Notes: generated by a model from the sequence alone, not told the origin. A stretch of DNA of 64,000 nucleotides from Parcubacteria bacterium C7867-006 (GCA_001189155.1 LFCP01000001.1:147779-211778), one strand, 5' to 3'; numbered from the stretch's first letter, positions 39,056 through 48,705 are shown. Made by a program: numbers and translations.

Positions 39056-39958
39056 ATGGCAATGCCAAATTTAACAGACGACAAAATAAAGTTCCTTGAG
39101 GAAAAGGCTAAGGCGATACGCATTTCAATCATAGAAATGCTTGTTGCTGCTGGATCAGGACATTCTGCAGGTCCACTTGGTATGTCTGATATTTTTGCCG
39201 CACTTTATTTTTTTATACTTAGACACAACCCCGCAGAACCATTTTGGGAGGAAAGAGACAGACTTATTCTTTCAAATGGCCACATAAATCCAGTTTTATA
39301 TGCAACGATGGCTCACGCTGGTTATTTTCCTGTTTCTGAACTTTTGACATTACGAAAGTTCGGTACTCGTCTTCAGGGGCATCCACACAGAGAGTATTTA
39401 CCAATGTTGGAAAATAGTTCTGGGCCTTTGGGTTCTGGATTGTCACAGGCTGTTGGAATGGCGATTGCAGACAGGATGGATAAAGGAAAAACTTCAGATA
39501 GATTTTTTTATTGTTTGCTTGGTGATGGAGAATTGGATGAGGGACAGAACTGGGAGGCTATAATGTTAGCTAATAAAGAAAGATTGGGGAATCTAATAGT
39601 TTTTGTAGATAGAAATAATATTCAGATAGATGGGTATACGGAGGATGTTATGCCTCTCGATTCTGTTCTGCATAAGTTCGAGTCATTCGGTTGGCATGCA
39701 GAGGAGATTGACGGTCACAACTTTGCGGAGATTATCGCAGCTGTAGGACGTGCACAGGCTGTCTTTGATGGTCCTAGTGTAATAGTAGCGCGAACAATCC
39801 CAGGAAAAGGAGTTTCATTTATGGAGCGTGATTATAAATGGCACGGCAATCCACCAGGAACAGATATTCCAGGTGAACCACCAAAAGATGAACAAGCAAA
39901 GATAGCTTTGCATGACTTGAGAACGTTAGGTGGACAAATAACTTCAGAACACCAATAA
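39056..39958 (+). CDS. Transketolase, N-terminal subunit (split tkt)
   Basis: TPP-binding GDGELDEGQNWEA motif; alternative TTG start at 39032. Confidence 0.8.
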   Translation: MAMPNLTDDKIKFLEEKAKAIRISIIEMLVAAGSGHSAGPLGMSDIFAALYFFILRHNPAEPFWEERDRLILSNGHINPVLYATMAHAGYFPVSELLTLRKFGTRLQGHPHREYLPMLENSSGPLGSGLSQAVGMAIADRMDKGKTSDRFFYCLLGDGELDEGQNWEAIMLANKERLGNLIVFVDRNNIQIDGYTEDVMPLDSVLHKFESFGWHAEEIDGHNFAEIIAAVGRAQAVFDGPSVIVARTIPGKGVSFMERDYKWHGNPPGTDIPGEPPKDEQAKIALHDLRTLGGQITSEHQ

Positions 39959-39959
39959 A

Positions 39960-40958
39960 ATGATTAACTTAATCCAAAAATTAAATCCAAAGATTTTTGA
40001 TAAAAAGGTAGAACAGGTACCTATTCGCCAGGGATTTGGTGAAGGTTTAGTTATTGCTGGAGAAAACAATACTCAGGTTGTGGGACTTTGTTCTGATTTA
40101 ACAGAGTCAACAAAAATGCATTTGTTCAGAGATAAATTCCCAGAAAGATTTGTTGAGATTGGTATTGCAGAGCAGAATTTAGCTTCGGTTGCTTCTGGAA
40201 TGTCTGCAATGGGAAAGATACCTTTCATATCTAGCTACGCAATGTTTTCTCCTGGTAGGAATTGGGAACAAATCAGAACCACTATTTGTTACAACGATAG
40301 ACCTGTAGTTATTGCTGGAAGTCATGCCGGAGTTTCTGTTGGTCCAGATGGAGGAACCCATCAAGCCATAGAAGATCTTGCTATTACTCGTGTAATACCA
40401 AATATGGTAGTTATTTCTCCTTGTGATGCTATAGAAGCAAAGAAAGCCACAATAGCGGCAGCAGAACTCAAAAAACCTGTTTACATAAGACTGGCTAGAG
40501 AAAAAACTCCAGTCATAACAACAGAATCAACACCGTTTGAAATTGGTAAAGCTCAAATATATTTTGGAGAAGAAAAGGGAAAGGCTGATGTGGGAATTAT
40601 TGCTACTGGGGCATTGCTATACAAGGCTCTCAAAGTTGCAGAAGCTTTAAAAAAAGATGACATAACAGCAAAGGTTTTAAATATTTCTACAATTAAACCA
40701 ATAGATACTGATGCAGTTATAAATATTGCAAAAACTTGCGGAGCGATAGTCACTGTTGAGGAGCACCAGATTATTGGGGGACTCGGTTCAGCTGTTTCAG
40801 AAGTTCTAGTGCAAAATTTTCCTGTGCCACAGGAGTTTATTGGGGTTCATGATAAGTTCGGACAGAGTGGTAAGCCAGATGAACTTATTGAACATTATGA
40901 AATGGGGGAGAAAAGTATTTTATTGGCAGTCAAAAAAGTTATAGGGAGGAAAAATTAA
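39960..40958 (+). CDS. Transketolase, C-terminal subunit (split tkt)
   Basis: Pyrimidine-binding/C-terminal domain; 1-nt gap after the N-terminal subunit. Confidence 0.8.
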   Translation: MINLIQKLNPKIFDKKVEQVPIRQGFGEGLVIAGENNTQVVGLCSDLTESTKMHLFRDKFPERFVEIGIAEQNLASVASGMSAMGKIPFISSYAMFSPGRNWEQIRTTICYNDRPVVIAGSHAGVSVGPDGGTHQAIEDLAITRVIPNMVVISPCDAIEAKKATIAAAELKKPVYIRLAREKTPVITTESTPFEIGKAQIYFGEEKGKADVGIIATGALLYKALKVAEALKKDDITAKVLNISTIKPIDTDAVINIAKTCGAIVTVEEHQIIGGLGSAVSEVLVQNFPVPQEFIGVHDKFGQSGKPDELIEHYEMGEKSILLAVKKVIGRKN

Positions 40959-40984
40959 ATTTTTTAAAGGTTGGTTTTTGTAAT

Positions 40985-41013
40985 GTGAAAAGCGCCGAGT
41001 TCCGGCGCTTCAC
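40985..41013. terminator. Bidirectional hairpin between tkt and cassette C
   Basis: gtgaaaagcgccg-agtt-ccggcgcttcac. Confidence 0.5.
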
Positions 41014-41023
41014 CTCCTTTGGT

Positions 41024-41416
41024 TTAGAAATGAACGATGTTGATGTGGTTGTCGGTGAGAGTTGGGATTGCGACGTCGAGGATGGCCGGCATTGCCAGTT
41101 TGTCCATCTCGGACATCTTGATGAGTATATCTGACACACGGATCTCTCCGTTGGTTGGCAGTCCGCAGAGTGTTGAAAATTCTTTCGCTCCCCAGACTTC
41201 GAATCCAACGTAGTTTTTCTTTCCGTCTTCTTCGTGGTTCCGCCGAAGAAGAGACAGATGAGTTCCTTTGATGAACTCCTCTGTTGTAGAGCAGTCCTCA
41301 ACAATGACCGAAATCATGTCGAGTTCGTCGCTGTATGTAATACAGGGACGAAACGCCAGTCTCCCCGTGAGCCAACCCGAGAATATTTCATCTAAGGTTT
41401 GATTTTCCACATTCAC
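41024..41416 (-). CDS. Hypothetical 128-130 aa protein (GC-rich cassette C)
   Basis: Minus-strand promoter TTGAGT (complement of 41452-57), 17-nt spacer, TACAAT (complement of 41429-34); AGAGG SD; GTG start (41416, or 41410 with better SD spacing). GC-rich relative to the flanks; product MNVENQTLDEIFSGWLTGRLAFRPCITYSDELDMISVIVEDCSTTEEF... has no recognisable family. Confidence 0.5.
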   Translation of the reverse strand: MNVENQTLDEIFSGWLTGRLAFRPCITYSDELDMISVIVEDCSTTEEFIKGTHLSLLRRNHEEDGKKNYVGFEVWGAKEFSTLCGLPTNGEIRVSDILIKMSEMDKLAMPAILDVAIPTLTDNHINIVHF

Positions 41417-41467
41417 CTCTAGATTTTTATTGTAACAGATGGATCGTAGTAACTCAATGGATTTTTA

Positions 41468-42457
41468 CTAGATTTTTTTGATTTTATAATCTTCAGGAGC
41501 TTTGGCTAGATATTCTTCAATTTTTTCTGGAGAAAGTAATCCTTTTTGAGCTCCGACATGTTGTGTAACTGACATTGCGTTTATTGGTGCCCATGTTAGA
41601 GCCTCTCCTAGAGTTTTACCTTGAGCTAAAATAGATACAACTGTTGATGCATAGGCATCGCCAGCTCCAGTTCTGTCTATTGGTGTGTGTGGATATACGG
41701 ACATAAACCACATATCGCCAGTTGATGACTCAAATGCATAAGCTCCTTCAAAACCATCTGTTATAACTACAGTTTTTGGTCCAAGAGCACTAATGCCTTT
41801 CATGAGTGTAGGTAGGTCGCGACTAGTTTCGTTTAATATTTTCTGTGATTCTTCAACGTTACAGAAAAAAATCTCACTATTTTTATATATTCTTTCTAAT
41901 TCTTTCGCTCCCATTTTTATTTGAAATGTTCCTGGCTGAAAAGCTAGTTTTGTTTCCGGATGACTCTCGACAAAATCAACTATTTGCATTTGGAAATCAA
42001 AAGTATTGTCTCCTAGTGATGAAAGATAAATCCATCTTGGAGCTTCTTCTACTTTGAAATCATATTTATAGTGTTCGTGTTTAACCAAAATAGTTCTGTC
42101 TACGTCATACCATAGTACGTAATGGTAGTTTGTTTTATTTGCCGGGTCTATATGAACGTATTTTGTTTCAACTTTATCGTTTTGAAGAGAGGTTAGACAT
42201 TCTTTTCCATCTTTATCATCTCCTACATATGCATATAGTGCAGAGGATAGACCTAGTCGTGAGGCTGATACTGCTGCATTAGCACTGTTTCCAACCGCAT
42301 AACATATTTCCACTGATTCATATGGAACTTTGTCACCATAACGAACACAGAGCTTGCAGTTTTTGTTGTGATCATCACATTTCACTTCTGCATCATTCAT
42401 TTTTATAAAAGCATCTACTACTATGTCGCCAATGGCCAGTATATCTATATTTTTCAT
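41468..42457 (-). CDS. PfkB-family carbohydrate kinase (ribokinase-like)
   Basis: C-terminal GAGDAYASTVV motif. Confidence 0.75.
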   Translation of the reverse strand: MKNIDILAIGDIVVDAFIKMNDAEVKCDDHNKNCKLCVRYGDKVPYESVEICYAVGNSANAAVSASRLGLSSALYAYVGDDKDGKECLTSLQNDKVETKYVHIDPANKTNYHYVLWYDVDRTILVKHEHYKYDFKVEEAPRWIYLSSLGDNTFDFQMQIVDFVESHPETKLAFQPGTFQIKMGAKELERIYKNSEIFFCNVEESQKILNETSRDLPTLMKGISALGPKTVVITDGFEGAYAFESSTGDMWFMSVYPHTPIDRTGAGDAYASTVVSILAQGKTLGEALTWAPINAMSVTQHVGAQKGLLSPEKIEEYLAKAPEDYKIKKI

Positions 42458-42485
42458 ATGAAAAGTATAGCATGACCTATCTGGC

Positions 42486-43370
42486 GTGTGCTACAATATT
42501 GCAATGAAAACATTAAAACAATCAGTACTCGAGGCACGAGAAAAAAAGGTAGCAATCGGCCATTTTAATATTTCTAACTTGGAGGCTTTTTGGGGTATTT
42601 TTAGAGCAGCACAGTCACTAGATGTCCCTGTTATTATTGGAGTTTCAGAAGGGGAAAGGGATTTTGTTGGTGTAAAACAAGCAGTAGCTTTGGTAAAAAG
42701 TATTCGTGAGGAATACGACTATCCTATTTATTTAAATGCTGATCACACTTACTCATTTGAGAGAGTAAAGGAGGCAATAGATGCTGGTTTTGATTCTGTT
42801 ATTATAGACGGAGCAAAACTTTCTTTTGAGGAGAATGTAAAACTGACAAAACAGTGTGTCGAGTATGCCCGCTCTAGTGGTAGAGAAGTTTTGGTTGAAG
42901 GAGAGCTTGGATATATTGGTCAGTCATCAAAAATTTTAGATGAGATACCAGAGGGGGTAGTTTTAGACGAGAGTTCTCTTACTGATCCAGTAAAGGCCAA
43001 AGAATTTGTTGAGTTAACTGGTGTAGATATGTTGGCTCCAGCTATAGGAAACTTTCACGGTATGCTCCGGGGTGGTGTAGATCCAAAATTAAATATAGAA
43101 AGAGTAAAGCAAATCGCTGATTCGACTAGTATTCCTCTAGTTTTACACGGAGGTTCTGGCAATTCTGAAGACGATTTTAAACAGTCCATAGCAAACGGTA
43201 TAGCTATAGTACACATAAATACAGAAATACGTGTAGCTTATAAGCAAGGACTCCAAATAGGGCTTTCCGAGAACCCAGATGAGGTTGCTCCATATAAATT
43301 TCTAAAGCAGTCAGTAAAAGCGGTTCGAGATGTTGTTACAGACAAGTTAAGATTTTTTAATAACTTATAA
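42486..43370 (+). CDS. fba: Class II fructose/ketose-bisphosphate aldolase
   Basis: AIGHFNISNLE, LNADHTYSFE and VLHGGSG motifs; true start may be the internal ATG (MKTLKQ). Confidence 0.8.
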   Translation: MCYNIAMKTLKQSVLEAREKKVAIGHFNISNLEAFWGIFRAAQSLDVPVIIGVSEGERDFVGVKQAVALVKSIREEYDYPIYLNADHTYSFERVKEAIDAGFDSVIIDGAKLSFEENVKLTKQCVEYARSSGREVLVEGELGYIGQSSKILDEIPEGVVLDESSLTDPVKAKEFVELTGVDMLAPAIGNFHGMLRGGVDPKLNIERVKQIADSTSIPLVLHGGSGNSEDDFKQSIANGIAIVHINTEIRVAYKQGLQIGLSENPDEVAPYKFLKQSVKAVRDVVTDKLRFFNNL

Positions 43371-43372
43371 TT

Positions 43373-43400
43373 TTGTTTATTAAGTGTTTTATTGTATAAA
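43373..43400 (+). promoter_or_regulatory. Promoter of GC-rich cassette D
   Basis: TTGTTT, a 16-nt spacer, then TATAAA with an adjacent TG. Confidence 0.4.
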
Positions 43401-43418
43401 TGTTGTCGGAGGCTGCGC

Positions 43419-43637
43419 ATGATGGATGATGATATTCCACCGGTCACCCTTGATGAGGCTTTCGAGATCTGTCAGCGAGCGTTCGCTGGTGGTCACGTTG
43501 ACCATGAAAGGGTCCTAGACATCAAGGCCTACTGTTACGTTGATGACAACTTCGCAATCGCTCTGTATGAGAGGTTGCATCTGTCTGGGCATTTCGTTAT
43601 GTCAGCTCTGGACCGTGCCGTCTATGAAAGTCTATAG
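43419..43637 (+). CDS. Small acidic protein (GC-rich cassette D, 72 aa)
   Basis: GGAGG (43408-12) lies 6 nt before the ATG. Product is MMDDDIPPVTLDEAFEICQRAFAGGHVDHERVLDIKAYCYVDDNFAIALYERLHLSGHFVMSALDRAVYESL. Confidence 0.5.
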   Translation: MMDDDIPPVTLDEAFEICQRAFAGGHVDHERVLDIKAYCYVDDNFAIALYERLHLSGHFVMSALDRAVYESL

Positions 43638-43669
43638 ACGGCAACGGATAACAACATCTCGTCCGCACG

Positions 43670-43693
43670 AAAACTCGTCGCGGGCGAGTTTTC
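43670..43693. terminator. Bidirectional hairpin terminator of cassette D
   Basis: aaaactcgtcgcgggcgagtttt. Confidence 0.55.
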
Positions 43694-43740
43694 AATTATA
43701 TAGGGGTTGATTAATTTAGACTTTTTGTTATACTACCCGA

Positions 43741-44382
43741 ATGATTAATTTAGAAGCACAACTACGAGACAAGGCAGTTAGTCTTGATATTTTAAAGAAA
43801 GAGGCAAAAATGCCAGCTGTTTTTTATGGGAAAAAGACAGAGTCAACACCTATTTCAGTATTGAAAAAGGATTTTATTGCTGTTTGGAAAAAAGCGGGTG
43901 AGTCTGGAGTTGTTACTATTAAAACAGAAAAAGGAACAGTTGATACTCTTATTCAGGATGTTGATGTAGATCCAGTTACAGACATTCCACGACATGCTGA
44001 CTTTTATGTATTCGAGAAAGGAAAGAAGGTTGAAGTTTCAGTTCCTCTAGAATTTGTTGGAGTTTCTCCAGCAGTAAAGGATCTAGGCGGTCTTTTGGTT
44101 AAATCTCTTCATGATTTGAAGATTTCTGCGGATCCTCAGAGTATCCCACACGTTATCGAAGTTGATATCTCATCTCTTGTTGATTTTTCAAGTCAAATAC
44201 TTGCTTCACAGGTTAAACTACCTGCAGGAGTAAATCTAATAGAAAATCCAGATGAAGTTGTTGCTTCTGCTTCAGCTCCTAGAGAGGAACTTGTTGAAGA
44301 ATCAGCTCCAATCGATCTATCAGCTATTGAGGTTGAGAAGAAAGGTAAGAAAGAAGAGGAGGGAGAAGAAGCTACCGCTTAA
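43741..44382 (+). CDS. rplY: Ribosomal protein L25 / general stress protein Ctc
   Basis: L25 N-domain (PAVFYGKK), Ctc-like beta domain and an acidic tail. Confidence 0.75.
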   Translation: MINLEAQLRDKAVSLDILKKEAKMPAVFYGKKTESTPISVLKKDFIAVWKKAGESGVVTIKTEKGTVDTLIQDVDVDPVTDIPRHADFYVFEKGKKVEVSVPLEFVGVSPAVKDLGGLLVKSLHDLKISADPQSIPHVIEVDISSLVDFSSQILASQVKLPAGVNLIENPDEVVASASAPREELVEESAPIDLSAIEVEKKGKKEEEGEEATA

Positions 44383-44487
44383 TTGTAACTATTTTAAATA
44401 TGTTTCGTCTAAAAGAGAGCTACAAGGCTCTTTTTTGGTAATAAAAGTAAGAGACAAAACCTGTCCTTGTAGTGTATAATCTTAAAG

Positions 44488-45867
44488 ATGTTATCACGGT
44501 TATTTTTATTTTTTAAAAATCAGTTTTTCGGCAAATCCTTGTTATTTTTAGGCGTTATTTGCCTTTTTGTATTTAGTTATTCTGTAACTTTTGCCATTAC
44601 TCCTGAGGAGCAGGATGCTATTTGGAGAGCGGAATTGGCTCAAACAGAAGCAGATATAGCTAAATGGCAAAGTATTTTGAATAGTACACAAGCTAATACA
44701 AAATCTCTTCAACAAGAGGCTGCCCTTTTGAATGCAAAAATAAAAGAAGCTCAAGCTACAATAAAAAAGAAAAATATTGCAATACAACAGTTGGGAGTTG
44801 ATATACAAAATAGGGTAAAAAAAATCAGTGATTTAGAAAATAAAATAGAAAAAGGTCACGAGTCTTTAGCTCAGCTAATCCGTCAAACGAACGAGATAGA
44901 TCAGTCTTCATTGCCCGAGGTTGTTTTGGGTAATAAAGACATATCAGATTTTTTTGCTGATGTTGATTCATTTCAAATGATAAAAAGATCTCTTAAAGAA
45001 TTATTTGCCGAAATAAGAGATACTAAAAATCTTACAGAGAAAGAAAAAGAGGCTCTGGATAAAAAGAAAGACCAAGAGTTGGATACAAAAGCTAGTATTG
45101 AGGCTCAAAAGAAAGCAGTTGAAGCAAATGAAAAAGAAAAGCAGTATCTAATTACTGTGAACAAAACTCAAGAAAAAACTTATTCACAAGTTATTGCTGA
45201 TAGGCAGGCAAAAGCAAACGAAATAAGAGCAAAACTTTTCAAACTTGCTGGAGGTGGGGCAGCTATTCCTTTTGGTACAGCTCTTGTATATGCTCAAAAC
45301 GCTTCAGCAAAAACTGGTGTTTCTCCAGCTTTTGTCTTGGCCATCCTTACTCAAGAGAGTAATCTGGGGGCAAATGTTGGTAAGTGTTATGTTACAGATT
45401 TGAAAACAGGAACTGGTGTAAATACTGCTGGTACAAAGACATTTTCTAATGTTATGAAAGCTCCAAGAGACACCGTGCCTTTTGTTGAAATATTGAACAA
45501 TCTCGGATACAGCACAGAAAAGACAGTGGTTTCTTGTCCTATTGCGGGTGTAGCTGGTTACGGTGGAGCTATGGGTCCAGCGCAGTTTATTCCATCAACT
45601 TGGAAAATATTTGAAGACAGACTATTGAGTGTTCTGGGACACAATGCTAATCCATGGAATCCAGAAGACGCATTTATGGCTTCTGCTATGTATCTAGGAG
45701 ACCTTGGTGCTGGAAGCGGTACATATAGTGGGGAAATAAAGGCAGCTTGTAGGTATTACGGTAGTGGTGGGACAAGTTGTTCTTATGGTAAAAGCGTTAT
45801 GAAGCTTAAAGATAGTATTCAAGCAGATATCGAATACCTTCAGCAGTACGGTATTTCTAGACGGTAG
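44488..45867 (+). CDS. Secreted coiled-coil protein with C-terminal lytic-transglycosylase-like domain
   Basis: Signal/TM, ~200 aa coiled coil, C-terminal ILTQESNLGAN...GPAQFIPSTW (SLT-like); PcsB-like architecture. Confidence 0.5.
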   Translation: MLSRLFLFFKNQFFGKSLLFLGVICLFVFSYSVTFAITPEEQDAIWRAELAQTEADIAKWQSILNSTQANTKSLQQEAALLNAKIKEAQATIKKKNIAIQQLGVDIQNRVKKISDLENKIEKGHESLAQLIRQTNEIDQSSLPEVVLGNKDISDFFADVDSFQMIKRSLKELFAEIRDTKNLTEKEKEALDKKKDQELDTKASIEAQKKAVEANEKEKQYLITVNKTQEKTYSQVIADRQAKANEIRAKLFKLAGGGAAIPFGTALVYAQNASAKTGVSPAFVLAILTQESNLGANVGKCYVTDLKTGTGVNTAGTKTFSNVMKAPRDTVPFVEILNNLGYSTEKTVVSCPIAGVAGYGGAMGPAQFIPSTWKIFEDRLLSVLGHNANPWNPEDAFMASAMYLGDLGAGSGTYSGEIKAACRYYGSGGTSCSYGKSVMKLKDSIQADIEYLQQYGISRR

Positions 45868-45902
45868 ACAAAATAAGCCTATTTTGGTAGAGTAATCTGG
45901 CA

Positions 45903-46166
45903 ATGAAAAAAGATATACATCCACAAAACTATAGACCAGTACTATTTATCGACAACTCAAATGGCGCTGAGTTTATTATTTCTTCTACTGTAGAAACTAA
46001 AGAGACAGCAAAATCAAAGGCTGATAAGAAAGAATACCCTGTTTACCGAGTTGAAATTTCAAGTGCATCGCACCCTTTCTATACTGGAAACGAGAAATCT
46101 CTAGATACAGCTGGTAGAGCAGAGAAGTTCCGAGCACGAGTTGCTAAAGCGAAAAAATCTAAGTAA
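45903..46166 (+). CDS. rpmE: Ribosomal protein L31
   Basis: MKKDIHPQNYRPV...HPFYTG. Confidence 0.85.
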   Translation: MKKDIHPQNYRPVLFIDNSNGAEFIISSTVETKETAKSKADKKEYPVYRVEISSASHPFYTGNEKSLDTAGRAEKFRARVAKAKKSK

Positions 46167-46318
46167 CGAAGTTTCTTTTTCCTCATAACTTTTCCGTCAC
46201 CGGAATAATTTTCTGCTGAAAATTTTCCTCGCGCTCATGTATCCACTCATTCCGCGATGTGCCGTAAAAGTTACGAGTTCGACGAAACTTCGTTTTTTGT
46301 TATGCTAAACTTAAACCA

Positions 46319-47296
46319 ATGGACCTAGAAAAATTTTTACAAAACCCAAAGACTGCATACCTAGCTCAGAGCTATAAGGCTCTTTTAGAGCAAGAGTCTT
46401 CTACAGAGCAAATGATAGAGAGTGATCCTTCACTTGCTGAGTTAGCGTACTCAGAACTTGAGGGTCTGAAAGAGCAAAAAGAAGCTCTTATGAAACAAAT
46501 GCAAGAGATTGTTTTTGAGGAGGAAAAAGAGGAAGAGTTTCCTAATGAGATTATTCTTGAAGTTAGAGCTGGGGCAGGAGGTGAAGAAGCATCTATTTTT
46601 GCCGAAGATTTGGCTCATATGTATACACGATACGCAGAAAACCAAGGTTGGTCTGTTTCTCCAATAGACGAGTCTAGGAGTGCGGTGGGGGGTTACAAAG
46701 AAGCCTCTTTTGAGATACGAGGACGTGATGTTTATAAACAACTTCGTTTTGAAACAGGTGTTCACAGAGTTCAGAGAATCCCGGCTACAGAGAAAATGGG
46801 GCGTGTTCACACTTCAACAGCAACGGTTGCCGTGCTTCCTGTACGAAAGAAAACTAGTATTGAAATAAAACCAAGTGATTTGGAAATTGAGACATCTCGT
46901 TCTGGTGGCGCTGGAGGACAGAATGTTAACAAAGTGGAAACGGCTGTAAGAATTATACATAAACCAACAGGAATAGATGTTCGCTCTACATCACAGCGAA
47001 GTCAGCTCAAAAATCGTGAAGCGGCAATGAGTATTTTGATAGCAAAACTGGAAAGAATGAAAGAAGAAGAGGAAGCTGCAAAGTATTCAGCAGATAGAAA
47101 GTCACAAGTTGGAACCGCTGATAGATCAGAGAAAATAAGAACATATAATATCCTACAAGACCGTATAACAGACCACCGTATTAAGCAGTCTTGGCACAAT
47201 ATTGAGAAGATTCTAGCTGGGGGACTAGAGCCAATAGTGGAGGCAATGGAGGGCTTTGATGGAACTAGTGTAAATAGTGGAGACTCTGATGAGTAA
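46319..47296 (+). CDS. prfA: Peptide chain release factor 1
   Basis: PAT tripeptide ([17 protein letters not shown]) and GGQ motif ([15 protein letters not shown]). Confidence 0.85.
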   Translation: MDLEKFLQNPKTAYLAQSYKALLEQESSTEQMIESDPSLAELAYSELEGLKEQKEALMKQMQEIVFEEEKEEEFPNEIILEVRAGAGGEEASIFAEDLAHMYTRYAENQGWSVSPIDESRSAVGGYKEASFEIRGRDVYKQLRFETGVHRVQRIPATEKMGRVHTSTATVAVLPVRKKTSIEIKPSDLEIETSRSGGAGGQNVNKVETAVRIIHKPTGIDVRSTSQRSQLKNREAAMSILIAKLERMKEEEEAAKYSADRKSQVGTADRSEKIRTYNILQDRITDHRIKQSWHNIEKILAGGLEPIVEAMEGFDGTSVNSGDSDE

Positions 47297-47340
47297 TTAA
47301 AAAACCTCTAGAAATAGAGTTTTTTTACTATATAAAATAC

Positions 47341-47369
47341 TTGACAAATATATTATATAGTAGTATAAT
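47341..47369 (+). promoter_or_regulatory. Consensus-perfect sigma70 promoter of GC-rich cassette E
   Basis: TTGACA (47341-46), a 17-nt spacer, then TATAAT (47364-69). Confidence 0.65.
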
Positions 47370-47406
47370 TATTAAAGATCTAACAATTTCCTTGAAAGGG
47401 GAAACA

Positions 47407-47796
47407 ATGCCCTATACGAAGACCTTCGCCGTTGTTACCAGCCTTCTCGCTTTTCAGATTGCCATGATGTGGTTCGCAGTTGGTTCCACTTCTGGCGGTA
47501 ACGAGTTCAAGACTGTGACAACCCACAGCTACGACGTTCCGTTCGAAAGGTACTGCGGTTATCTGGAAGAAGTTGCCCATGGAGTCATCCAGTTCGACGG
47601 CAAGGACCCAGTGGACATCGCGTATCTTTTCTTCCGCTCATCGGTTGGGAAGCCTAGCATCCCGCGTATCATCTACGGGGACACAGAGAGACTCAGTAAG
47701 ATTGAGTCGGGTCGTCATTACGACATCGGTGTCCGTCAGTACGGTGGTGGACTAAACTTCCCACGCCGTCTTGATGTAGTCGAGTCGTGCAAGTAG
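47407..47796 (+). CDS. Secreted/membrane-anchored hypothetical protein (GC-rich cassette E, 129 aa)
   Basis: AAGGGG SD lies 5 nt before the ATG. N-terminal signal/TM helix (TKTFAVVTSLLAFQIAMMWFAVGS), GC-rich codons. Confidence 0.55.
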   Translation: MPYTKTFAVVTSLLAFQIAMMWFAVGSTSGGNEFKTVTTHSYDVPFERYCGYLEEVAHGVIQFDGKDPVDIAYLFFRSSVGKPSIPRIIYGDTERLSKIESGRHYDIGVRQYGGGLNFPRRLDVVESCK

Positions 47797-47811
47797 TAGA
47801 TCTGAGCACAA

Positions 47812-47860
47812 GTCGGTGGGTTGATCCCACCGACAGGACCACACATTTGTGTGGTTTTTT
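47812..47860 (+). terminator. Tandem hairpin terminator of cassette E
   Basis: gtcggtggg-ttgat-cccaccgac, then ccacac-attt-gtgtgg followed by tttttt. Confidence 0.7.
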
Positions 47861-47935
47861 CAAATTCAAATATGTCAAAAAACCTAAGCTCTGACTATTG
47901 CACAACATTTATGTTTCTGCTACTATATCCACCAC

Positions 47936-48667
47936 ATGGAAAAAACAAGTAATTCATCATCAAATAGCGGAAACAGCGTTGTAGACGCTCTATTTTCTGC
48001 CGGTGCTCATTTCGGCTTTATAAAGTCTAGACGACACCCATCTACAAAACCTTTTATATACGGAGTAAAAAATAAAATTGAGATATTTGACCTTGAGAAG
48101 ACAAAGGATTCTTTGGATAAAGCAGTGGCTTTTATTGAGAGTATCGCTTCAAAAAATGGTTCAGTTCTATTTGTTAGCGGTAAAAACGAAGCAAAGGGTG
48201 CTATTACAGCAGTAGCTGAGTCTATAAATATGCCTTATGTTGCCGGAAGATTTATTGGAGGAACTTTGACTAACTTTCCAGAAATACGAAAAAGAGTAGA
48301 GAAGCTAGAGTCTCTTGTATCACAGAAAGAAAAAGGAGAACTAGTAAAATACACTAAAAAAGAGAGACTTTTGATTGACCGAGAGATAGATAAATTGCGA
48401 GAGTTTTTCTTTGGTCTTTCTGTTATGAAGAAACTTCCTGATGCTGTATTTATTATTGATGCTAAAAGGGAATCTATCGCTGTAAAAGAGGCAAAATATA
48501 TGGGAATCCCAGTTGTTGCTTTGTGTGGAACAGACAACAATCTAAACGAAGTAGAGTTTCCTATCCCTGGAAATGATGCTTCAAAAGCAAGTATCACATT
48601 TTTCCTAGAGAAAATTGCAGAAGCTTACAAGGCTGGCCAGTTGAAGAAACCTACAGCTACTGTATAA
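47936..48667 (+). CDS. rpsB: Ribosomal protein S2
   Basis: ALFSAGAHFGF...IFDLEKT, typical S2. Confidence 0.85.
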   Translation: MEKTSNSSSNSGNSVVDALFSAGAHFGFIKSRRHPSTKPFIYGVKNKIEIFDLEKTKDSLDKAVAFIESIASKNGSVLFVSGKNEAKGAITAVAESINMPYVAGRFIGGTLTNFPEIRKRVEKLESLVSQKEKGELVKYTKKERLLIDREIDKLREFFFGLSVMKKLPDAVFIIDAKRESIAVKEAKYMGIPVVALCGTDNNLNEVEFPIPGNDASKASITFFLEKIAEAYKAGQLKKPTATV

Positions 48668-48705
48668 TTATCTATTGTCTAGATTAGTTTTAACTTATTT
48701 TAAAT

